Assembly: GCA_002314795.1 (NCBI GenBank)
Contig: DCHI01000045.1
Location: forward strand, 3,795 to 67,794
Source: Bacteroidales bacterium UBA1756
Lineage (GTDB): Bacteria; Bacteroidota; Bacteroidia; Bacteroidales; WCHB1-69
Reading direction: 5' to 3'
DNA length: 64,000 nt
The notes under the pieces: generated by a model
Databases searched by the model: none
Told to the model about the DNA's origin: nothing
What the model saw: only the letters and a program-made list of their open reading frames with translations
Position numbers and translations under genes: made by a program
In this document: positions 35,752 to 43,294 of the stretch, in pieces
Numbering within the stretch: the first letter of the stretch is position 1
How the letters are laid out: each line of letters starts with the position of its first letter

Positions 35752-36846
35752 CTATTTATCTTTTAGTTGCAAATGAATGATTTTGCCATTGTCTGTTGCT
35801 TCTTCCGTCATCGTTTCGCAAAAACCTTTAACAAGCATCATAGAGAGGTCGTCCACGCTCTCTTGCGACAAGAGGGGCTGTGTGGAATCAGTTGCGATTT
35901 CAAAGTCGATGGAAATGGAAAAGTCCTTTTCTGAATAGTTGATAACGATATGAACGGGCTTGTACTGAGGGATGATGTGGACTAACATTTCCTCAATAAT
36001 CAGTTGGAAAGTGATGTATTTTTTTCCTAACGAATATTTGAGACAGAAATTTTCAATCTGTCCGTTCATCTGGTACAAGTCGTAATTTTCATCCTTGATG
36101 TTAAAATCAAGACTTCTGATTCTGTTTATAAATGCTTTTGTAACAGATTTTTGAGGATTTCCGAAGATTTGATCGGGTGTACCTTCTTCGTACAGGATGC
36201 CATCGTACATAAAGAAAATACGGCTGCTGACGTCGCGGGCGAATTTCATTTCGTGGGTAACGATGGCCATCGTCATTCCTTGGCGGGCAAGCTGCCGGAT
36301 GACGCTGAGCACTTCGCTGACCATCGTGGGGTCGAGGGCGGAGGTGGGTTCATCGAACAGAATGATTTCCGGATTCATAGATAGGCAGCGGGCGATGGCA
36401 ACACGCTGTTTCTGTCCGCCCGAAAGTTCCTTCGGCATAGCATTCGCCTTGTCGGCCAAACCTACCATCCGAAGCAGTTCCATTCCTCGCTTCTTTGCAT
36501 CTTCCTCACTCATTCCCAATAATTTGCGTGGTCCGATGGTGACATTGTCGATGATGGACAAATGTTCGAAAAGATTGAAGGATTGGAAAACCATTCCCAT
36601 TTTTTGACGCACCTTGTTGATGTCTGTATTCTTGTCTAAAATATTCACTCCATCAATGATAATGGAGCCGCTTGTGGGTTCTTCCAAACGGTTGATACAG
36701 CGCAAGAAAGTACTTTTCCCAGTTCCAGACGGACCGATAATGGAGATGACTTCGCCTTTTTTGATTTCACAATTCACGTCCCGAAGCACGCAGAAAGGTT
36801 CTGCTTTATCGGTATATATTTTTGATAAATGACTAATTGTAATCAT
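35752..36846 (-). CDS. amino-acid ABC transporter ATP-binding protein with ~120-aa C-terminal extension
   Basis: Walker [11 protein letters not shown]-loop, signature [13 protein letters not shown], Walker [12 protein letters not shown] and H-loop VTHEM. Residues ~246-364 match no motif I recognise. Confidence 0.88.
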   Translation of the reverse strand: MITISHLSKIYTDKAEPFCVLRDVNCEIKKGEVISIIGPSGTGKSTFLRCINRLEEPTSGSIIIDGVNILDKNTDINKVRQKMGMVFQSFNLFEHLSIIDNVTIGPRKLLGMSEEDAKKRGMELLRMVGLADKANAMPKELSGGQKQRVAIARCLSMNPEIILFDEPTSALDPTMVSEVLSVIRQLARQGMTMAIVTHEMKFARDVSSRIFFMYDGILYEEGTPDQIFGNPQKSVTKAFINRIRSLDFNIKDENYDLYQMNGQIENFCLKYSLGKKYITFQLIIEEMLVHIIPQYKPVHIVINYSEKDFSISIDFEIATDSTQPLLSQESVDDLSMMLVKGFCETMTEEATDNGKIIHLQLKDK

Positions 36847-36861
36847 ATAATTGGTTTGAAA

Positions 36862-38343
36862 TTAGAACTTTGTAGATTTTTTGTAAAAGAAATCAAGTAA
36901 TAATCCAAGCGTCCAAGCGATGAGAAGGTAGAGGATGGAAACGATGATGAGCGGGTAAAATGCGTCAAAGGTACGGCTTCGGACGATATCGCTGATTTTG
37001 GTAAGGTCTTGGATGGCAATGTAACCTACGATGGAAGTGTTTTTCACCAACGAGATGGCCTCTCCCTTGTAAACGGGGATGATGTGTTTCATCGCCTGAG
37101 GAACGATGATGAGGAAGAAGGTTTTGCTTTGGCTGAAACCGAGGGCACGTCCTGCTTCCCACTGTCCTTTATCAACCCCTTCGATGCCGGTACGGAACAT
37201 TTCGCTTGTGTAGGCGGCCAGGTTGAACGAAAAAGCAATGATGGCGATGACAATACCGGGCAATCCGGCATTGGCCAAGACGATGTAGAACATAATCATA
37301 AGGAACACCAAAATCGGAATACCGCGCATAAAATCAATGTACAATTTCGCGGCGGCACGCCAAAACCGTTTCTTACTCATACGCAACGCGCAGAGCCCGG
37401 CCCCTAACAACGTCCCCAAAATCAAGGCCCCCAAGGAGATAATCAACGTGTTTTTAAGACCGCCTAACAGCATTTTCCAACGGTCTTCTTCAATGACATT
37501 TTTGTAGAAACCTTTTTTGACTCGTTCCCAGAAACTTCCCTTGTCAACGACAGCTCCTCCTTTTTTAGCAAGAAAAACGGTACAGGATTGGTCGTACGGA
37601 TTACTGAACAATACTTGTTCTTTTCTTTCTTCTGTTACGAAAAGGAAGCAAATAATGGCATCAATCTTTTTAGTTTGGAGGGCCGCTAACAAGCCCGTAA
37701 AATCGTAATCAATGAAATGGACGGGACGGCCTGCATATTGTCCAAACAACTGCATCATTTCGATTTCAATGCCCGCCCACTCATTATTCAAAATAAAGGT
37801 GTAAGGGACATCCCAACTTATCGTTCCAATTTCAATGGGTTCGCCTTCGGGCTGTGGAATCTTCGCTGCTTTCATCGTGTCAAGGCAGTGAGTTATCCAG
37901 CGGTTTCGTATTTTGGAGTAGGTTCCATCGGCCTTTATCTGAGCTATAAAAAGATTGAATTGCTGACACAGTTCGGTGCTCTCCTTATGAAAAGCGACGG
38001 CGACATCTTCTATTTCTTTACCTCTGAAAGCGATTTCTATTCCGTGGGAATCCAAGTCTTCATTGATGATGGACGCTTCGTCCAGACTGGCGTATTCTGC
38101 TTTGCCCTGTTTAACGGCCGCAACCATTTCCGGCCCAGAATTGAGGCGCAAAATATCTTTGTCATCCAATTTTTGGCTTAACTGAATGTCCTGCACTGAG
38201 CCGACTAAAACCGCAACCGAATGACCTTTCAATTCTTCCACATTGGTAGCCCGCTGGCTTGTGGTCTCTTTTTTCTGGCAAGAAGAAAAGAGCACTATCG
38301 TGAAAGCAAATAGTGGAAGTAAAAACTTAAATAATTGTTTCAT
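36862..38343 (-). CDS. fused substrate-binding domain / permease of a polar amino-acid ABC transporter (binding domain apparently circularly permuted)
   Basis: Lipoprotein signal (LFSSCQ). The C-terminal half has 5 or more TM segments with an EAA-type loop (EAGRALGFSQSKTFFLIIVPQA). The order of the N-terminal SBP_bac_3-like segments is inverted (see findings). Confidence 0.85.
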   Translation of the reverse strand: MKQLFKFLLPLFAFTIVLFSSCQKKETTSQRATNVEELKGHSVAVLVGSVQDIQLSQKLDDKDILRLNSGPEMVAAVKQGKAEYASLDEASIINEDLDSHGIEIAFRGKEIEDVAVAFHKESTELCQQFNLFIAQIKADGTYSKIRNRWITHCLDTMKAAKIPQPEGEPIEIGTISWDVPYTFILNNEWAGIEIEMMQLFGQYAGRPVHFIDYDFTGLLAALQTKKIDAIICFLFVTEERKEQVLFSNPYDQSCTVFLAKKGGAVVDKGSFWERVKKGFYKNVIEEDRWKMLLGGLKNTLIISLGALILGTLLGAGLCALRMSKKRFWRAAAKLYIDFMRGIPILVFLMIMFYIVLANAGLPGIVIAIIAFSFNLAAYTSEMFRTGIEGVDKGQWEAGRALGFSQSKTFFLIIVPQAMKHIIPVYKGEAISLVKNTSIVGYIAIQDLTKISDIVRSRTFDAFYPLIIVSILYLLIAWTLGLLLDFFYKKSTKF

Positions 38344-38349
38344 AATTTG

Positions 38350-39186
38350 TTATTTGATAATATCGCCTAATAAAGCGTGAAATTCCGGAAATGCAACGTG
38401 GGCGTCACGTTCAATGATGATGGATTTGAGGCCGGCAAATGGACGGAGTTGTTTTTCAATTTCCACGGGGTCGGCATCTTCACCAAAATATTCGGGCAAG
38501 AAATAGTCCCAGAATTTGTTGGCCGTTTCCTGCTTCATATGGAAGACTTCTTCTACAAATTCGTCGGAGTCGTACTTGCAGCACAGAAGCACCATCCCGA
38601 GGTCGAACATCGGGTTGCCGTAAGCAAAGTCACCGAGGTCGATGAAGTAGTTGTCAGTCCCGTCCGTGATGGCGTTGCTGAACTGAAGGTCACCGTGAAT
38701 GGCGGTGCAAGCGTCCGGAACGGAGTCGATGAAGGCTACGATTTTGGCTTTTTCCTCATCGGTAAAGAACGGGTCATTGGCCAAGTCGTGTTTATAGACG
38801 TCTTTTACATTTTCAAACTGGTCGGTAGGGCAAACGGTACTGTGCAGTTTTTTGCACATTCTGGCGAATTTGCGAGCGTAAAATTCAACTTGTTCGGGAT
38901 TGTCGCCTACGCTGCGGGAGAAGGATTTTTTGTTGAGAATGCGTTCGAAACGGATGCCATAGCGTTCGCCGTCGGTAACGAGCGTACCCGGTTTCGGAGA
39001 CGGAATCCCCATATCATATACTTTTTGTGCACGGTCCAACTCGTTGACAATGAAGTCTAACGGCTTGCTCGTGTTATATAGTTTCAGCATAATGGCTGGA
39101 TTGGTCTTATGATTGTAACTTGCGCCATTGGCACCTTCACCAGAATAATCGTAATCGTTTAAATCAATTCTTTCAGCATTTTTCAT
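38350..39186 (-). CDS. APH/choline-kinase-like phosphotransferase family protein
   Basis: Catalytic-loop motif IHGDLQFSN and a metal-binding IDLGDFAYGNP (DFG-like) motif. Start set at MKNAERIDL because the longer ORF overlaps dapB. Confidence 0.75.
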   Translation of the reverse strand: MKNAERIDLNDYDYSGEGANGASYNHKTNPAIMLKLYNTSKPLDFIVNELDRAQKVYDMGIPSPKPGTLVTDGERYGIRFERILNKKSFSRSVGDNPEQVEFYARKFARMCKKLHSTVCPTDQFENVKDVYKHDLANDPFFTDEEKAKIVAFIDSVPDACTAIHGDLQFSNAITDGTDNYFIDLGDFAYGNPMFDLGMVLLCCKYDSDEFVEEVFHMKQETANKFWDYFLPEYFGEDADPVEIEKQLRPFAGLKSIIIERDAHVAFPEFHALLGDIIK

Positions 39187-39223
39187 TTTAAATATTTTTT
39201 TTAATTTATTGTATATTAATAAT

Positions 39224-39943
39224 TTACACTTCCATAAAAATATCTTTGAACTGATAAATTCCTTTGTGGTCAATCAGCCAGCGTGCCGCACGGACTGCCC
39301 CTTGTGCAAAAATAGTACGGTTGAAGGCCTTGTGTGTCAGTTCGATAAAGTCATTGTCGGACTGGTAGTGGACGACGTGCGTTCCGGGCTCGTTTCCGAT
39401 ACGGTGAGCCACAATGTTGATGTCTTCAGGATTGGAGTTGTCGTCCAATTTCCATCCCGTTTTTCTATCCAATTGGTGGATGATGAGGTTTGCCGTGGTG
39501 ATGGCCGTTCCGCTGGGCGCGTCCTTTTTTGCCGTGTGATGGGTCTCTTCCACCATCACATCATACTGTTTCTGATGGTTCATCATTTCAGCCATCATTT
39601 CATTGATTTTGAAAAAAAGGTTGGCTCCGATAGAAAAGTTGGAACCGAAGACGAGCGCATTGGATGTTTGACGGCAGTGTTGGATGATTTCCTCCTGCTG
39701 AGCGTTCCAGCCGGTGGTTCCGCAAACAATGGGAATGCCTGCCTCAAAACAGCGGCGCATATTGGCGACGGCGGTGGTGGGCATTGAAAAATCAATGGCG
39801 ACATCGCTGGAACGGAATTCGGATTCACGTTCCAACCATTCCGTTTCATTATCGATGGTGGTGGCGAGTTCCAAGCCGACAGAAGGAAGGAGCTTTTCTA
39901 TTTCGTGCCCCATTTTCCCGTAACCAAGAATTGTTGCTTTCAT
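39224..39943 (-). CDS. dapB: 4-hydroxy-tetrahydrodipicolinate reductase
   Basis: N-terminal Rossmann motif GYGKMG and the signature EETHHTAKKDAPSGTA. 239 aa. Confidence 0.92.
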   Translation of the reverse strand: MKATILGYGKMGHEIEKLLPSVGLELATTIDNETEWLERESEFRSSDVAIDFSMPTTAVANMRRCFEAGIPIVCGTTGWNAQQEEIIQHCRQTSNALVFGSNFSIGANLFFKINEMMAEMMNHQKQYDVMVEETHHTAKKDAPSGTAITTANLIIHQLDRKTGWKLDDNSNPEDINIVAHRIGNEPGTHVVHYQSDNDFIELTHKAFNRTIFAQGAVRAARWLIDHKGIYQFKDIFMEV

Positions 39944-39991
39944 TTATTTCGAGTTTGTTTTTGTTGAAATTTCGTATTGAAATTTCGGTGG

Positions 39992-39999
39992 CAAAAATA
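39992..39999 (-). promoter_or_regulatory. -7 promoter box (TATTTTTG) for the dapB-led operon
   Basis: CAAAAATA on the plus strand, 49 nt upstream of the dapB start. Confidence 0.5.
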
Positions 40000-40094
40000 C
40001 GCCATTATTATATATGGTGTGCGCCCTTTTTTAGCACATACATTTTGTTAGTTCAAGTAAATTTTCTGATGGTAAATTGTTTCTAATTCCCATT

Positions 40095-40281
40095 TCCCCG
40101 ATAAAAGTTGTCCTTCTCGGCTCGTTGCGCCTGCTTCTGCAACACGGACTGAGAGAGTTACTCGCGGGCCGTTTTGAACTGATCCGAATGGGACATTGGT
40201 CGCTTTCGGAAATGCAGGACGCTTTCGGAATCACAACCGACCAGTTCGTCTTTTTCGGAGGTTATTCTGGGGCAGTTCCAT
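40095..40281 (+). pseudogene. internal fragment of an AAA+ ATPase (COG1373/DUF4143-type) gene
   Basis: Translation PIKVVLLGSLRLLLQHGLRELLAGRFELIRMGHWSLSEMQDAFGITTDQFVFFGGYSGA resembles the central region of ~400-aa Bacteroidota ATPases of this family. There is no Walker A region upstream and no C-terminal domain downstream. Confidence 0.55.
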
Positions 40282-40332
40282 TGTTGTGCGGTCTGCAAAA
40301 ATACGCTCGCGATGAGGCACGCAAATACAATT

Positions 40333-41739
40333 CTATTTCTTCAATTCCAACCGCACCACGTTCTCCACGTGCTGCGTGTGCGGAAACATATCAACAGGTT
40401 GTACGCGAGTGACGTTGTACTTTTCTGCCAACAGGGTCAGGTCGCGGGCCTGTGTCGCCGGATTGCAGCTGACATAGACGATGCGTTTCGGTTCCATTGC
40501 TAACAGTTGTTCCACTACATCGGGATGCATCCCGCTCCGCGGCGGGTCTGTGATGACGATGTCCGGGCGTCCGTTGGCCGTCACGAACTCCGGCGTCAGC
40601 ACTTTCGCCATATCGCCGGCGTAAAAAACGGTGTTGTCAATCTGGTTGACCTCCGAGTTGACCTTTGCGTCTTCAATGGCCGCTTCCACATACTCAATGC
40701 CCACCACTTTCTTGGACTGGCGTGCCACAAAATTAGCAATCGTGCCGGTTCCCGTATATAAGTCGTAAACCACGTCCTCTTTCCCGATTTCAGCGAACTC
40801 CTTCGCCACGGTATAAAGGCGATACGCTTGCCGCATATTGGTTTGGTAGAAGGATTGCGGCCCGATTTTGAATTGGAGATCTTCCATTTTTTCAAGCAAA
40901 TAGCCGCGTCCAGCGTAGGTTTCCACAGGCAAATCGGTGATGCTGTCATTCATTTTGGCATTCACCACATAATGCAACGAAGTGATTTGTGGGAATCTTT
41001 CCATTAGGAAATCTAAAACATTGGTTACTTGTTGGTTGTATTCAGTAACTACCAAAATAACCATCAGTTCGTTGGTGGAGGTGGTGCGTATGATGAGGTT
41101 CCTCAGGAGCCCTTCGTGCGTGCGGAGATTGTGAAAGTAGAGTCCGTTTTCAATGGCGTACTGTTTGATAGCCAGTCGGATTTCATTGCTCTGTTCATCT
41201 TGCAAAAGACATTCGTGAATGTCAAGTACTTTGTCGAATTTCATCGGAATATGGAATCCGATACCGCGGGTTTCCACTTCGCCGCCCTCTTGCTGAAGCT
41301 GCATATCTTCAACGGAAAGCCAACGCTGGTGCGTGAAGGTATATTCCAATTTGTTTCTGTAGAAATATTGTTTTTCAGATGCTAAGATGGGCTGCGGCGC
41401 CGGGTATTCAAAATGACCGAGGTGTTGGAAATTATCGGTCACCTGTTTTTGTTTGTAGAAAAGTTGTTTTTCATAATCCAACATCTGCCATTTGCAACCG
41501 CCGCAAAGCCCGAAATGTTCGCACTTGGGTTCAATGCGGAAAGGGGAGGGCTTGACAATGCGCGTGCAGCGTGCCTCGGCGTACGATTTTTTCTTTTTCA
41601 AAACCATCACGTCAACGATGTCGCCGGGAACGACGCCCGGAACAAAAACGGTCAGCCCTTCGTGCTTGGCAACGGCTTTTCCTTCCGCGCCTGCATCAAT
41701 GATTTCCAAGTTTTCTATAGGATATTGTTTGTGTCTCAT
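40333..41739 (-). CDS. rlmD: 23S rRNA (uracil-C5)-methyltransferase RlmD/RumA family
   Basis: TRAM domain and the Fe-S Cys cluster CEHFGLCGGCKWQ. SAM motif DLYTGTGTI, plus DPPRSG and the catalytic VYVSCNP. Confidence 0.9.
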   Translation of the reverse strand: MRHKQYPIENLEIIDAGAEGKAVAKHEGLTVFVPGVVPGDIVDVMVLKKKKSYAEARCTRIVKPSPFRIEPKCEHFGLCGGCKWQMLDYEKQLFYKQKQVTDNFQHLGHFEYPAPQPILASEKQYFYRNKLEYTFTHQRWLSVEDMQLQQEGGEVETRGIGFHIPMKFDKVLDIHECLLQDEQSNEIRLAIKQYAIENGLYFHNLRTHEGLLRNLIIRTTSTNELMVILVVTEYNQQVTNVLDFLMERFPQITSLHYVVNAKMNDSITDLPVETYAGRGYLLEKMEDLQFKIGPQSFYQTNMRQAYRLYTVAKEFAEIGKEDVVYDLYTGTGTIANFVARQSKKVVGIEYVEAAIEDAKVNSEVNQIDNTVFYAGDMAKVLTPEFVTANGRPDIVITDPPRSGMHPDVVEQLLAMEPKRIVYVSCNPATQARDLTLLAEKYNVTRVQPVDMFPHTQHVENVVRLELKK

Positions 41740-41752
41740 CGTCTAAAAATTA

Positions 41753-41804
41753 AGGCGGCAAAAGTACGACTTTTGTTTGAATGAAAGTCGTACTTTTGCC
41801 GCCT
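41753..41804. promoter_or_regulatory. perfect 21-bp inverted repeat carrying two divergent -7 boxes
   Basis: AGGCGGCAAAAGTACGACTTT (41753..41773) and AAAGTCGTACTTTTGCCGCCT (41784..41804) are separated by 10 nt. TACTTTTG is at 41791..41798 on the plus strand and at 41759..41766 on the minus strand. Confidence 0.8.
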
Positions 41805-41855
41805 CGGGAAACCCTCCCATTATGATGAATCATTCCTTTTTTTTTATAGTTGATA

Positions 41856-43112
41856 ATGAAGAAACGTCTCCTTTTTTTGCCCCTCTCGTTGTTGTTATTT
41901 CCGTTGCTGCTTTTGGCACAAACTCCTGCAAAAAATGCAGAAAAGTATGACTATTTCCGTCATCGTCTTGTCAATGAAATGATGTATTTTTCGGATGATG
42001 CGATGGCTAAAGCGTCGCACCTTCCGATGGAACGGCGGTTCAAAGTGCCTTCTGGAACGGTCGGTCTGTGGGCGGATGCTACTTGGTGGCAGGGACACTA
42101 TATTGCGGTTTTAGCAACGGAGTACGCCTTGGAAAAGCGGGATGGGAAAAGTACTGCTGCCACGCTCGCGGAACTTCGGCAGGCAATCGAAGTGTATAAC
42201 CGTCTGGACCTCGCGTCTGAACGCTGTTTCGGAGACTCGTCCGTCCAAATTCCAAATGGTTTCTACCTTCGCGACGATGTGGATGAGAAGGATGCTAAGA
42301 ATTTGAAAATCAATTATGTACAAAGTGATTACATCAATCATTGTGGAAGGTTGGAAACCCGTGGAAACTCGCCGTCCCAGGATCAGGCGTGGGCTTCGTA
42401 CATTGGTTTTGCCTTGGCTCAAAAGCTGGTGGATGATTCCACGCTCCATCAAGAAATTGCTGACATCGCTTACCGGATGGTAAAACGGATGCAGTGGGCC
42501 GATGAAAAGGGAAAGGTGCATTGGCAGATTGTCAATCCCGTCACGGGAGTGGTTGTGCAGAAAGAGGGTGATATTCAGTGGCTTCAGTATCCGCACGCCG
42601 CCATCGGGACGATGCTTTCCGAACGGAATCTTTTTGCAGGTAATTCAGCAAAAGGGTGGAAAGGCATTTGGAACATATTGGAACAAAACGTTTTAATAGA
42701 CAGAGACGGTCATTTTACGTGGTACGGTGTGATGTCGTTGGCTGCCGTCTTGAACGATGGCGCCGGCAATCAGGACTGCTACGAGTGGTTGGTGAAAACG
42801 AACGAAAAGATTGTCAGCCGTCGTCCCGACTTGCAGCAAACACTTTTCTTCCCGCATCTCCCGTTAGTGAACTTGGTTTTGTACGGAACCGAAGATCGTG
42901 AACTTGTCCCCAAAGAACGCTACATCGAATACCTTGACGCTGCGCCGGCCAGTGGCTGTATTACGACCGAAATTGACGGAAACGAGGTGCGAACTGCGGC
43001 TCCGTGGCACTCGCTTTCGCTGTTTTGTCCGTGGCATTTGAAAGAAACGGGAGATGCTAATATGTTGGATTATATGCTGTTATACAATTTGTACCGACTG
43101 ATTTACGAATAA
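41856..43112 (+). CDS. hypothetical secreted protein
   Basis: MKKRLLFLPLSLLLFPLLLLAQ signal peptide. 418 aa. Helix-rich sequence with no motif I can assign. Confidence 0.65.
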   Translation: MKKRLLFLPLSLLLFPLLLLAQTPAKNAEKYDYFRHRLVNEMMYFSDDAMAKASHLPMERRFKVPSGTVGLWADATWWQGHYIAVLATEYALEKRDGKSTAATLAELRQAIEVYNRLDLASERCFGDSSVQIPNGFYLRDDVDEKDAKNLKINYVQSDYINHCGRLETRGNSPSQDQAWASYIGFALAQKLVDDSTLHQEIADIAYRMVKRMQWADEKGKVHWQIVNPVTGVVVQKEGDIQWLQYPHAAIGTMLSERNLFAGNSAKGWKGIWNILEQNVLIDRDGHFTWYGVMSLAAVLNDGAGNQDCYEWLVKTNEKIVSRRPDLQQTLFFPHLPLVNLVLYGTEDRELVPKERYIEYLDAAPASGCITTEIDGNEVRTAAPWHSLSLFCPWHLKETGDANMLDYMLLYNLYRLIYE

Positions 43113-43146
43113 AAATATTTTTTTGCAGAATTTTATCAAAAATCTG

Positions 43147-43154
43147 TAATTTTG
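43147..43154 (+). promoter_or_regulatory. -7 promoter box (TAATTTTG) upstream of the TPP riboswitch
   Basis: Matches TAnnTTTG, about 10 nt before the aptamer. Confidence 0.5.
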
Positions 43155-43162
43155 CCACCGCA

Positions 43163-43238
43163 AATGAAAGGGGTGCCGAAAGGCTGAGATCAGACCCAAT
43201 GAACCTGATTCGGGTAATGCCGACGTAGGGAGATTTAG
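43163..43238 (+). promoter_or_regulatory. TPP (THI-box) riboswitch
   Basis: Contains the conserved aptamer elements GGGGTGC, CTGAGA, ACCC..TGAACCTGAT..GGTAATGCC..CG.AGGGA in canonical order. Confidence 0.88.
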
Positions 43239-43294
43239 CGAGACTTATTTACCCTCTTTCAGTTTTAATAACTAATTTAAAACTTGTTAGAGTT

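Noticed and set aside
39209-39787. 192-aa plus-strand ORF
   Set aside because: It is antisense to dapB, which carries the diagnostic EETHHTAKKDAPSGTA motif.
40077-40412. 111-aa ORF as an intact gene
   Set aside because: Only the central ~62 aa resemble an AAA+ ATPase. The remainder overlaps the rlmD 3' end and the ORF lacks the essential domains. It is called a pseudogene fragment instead.
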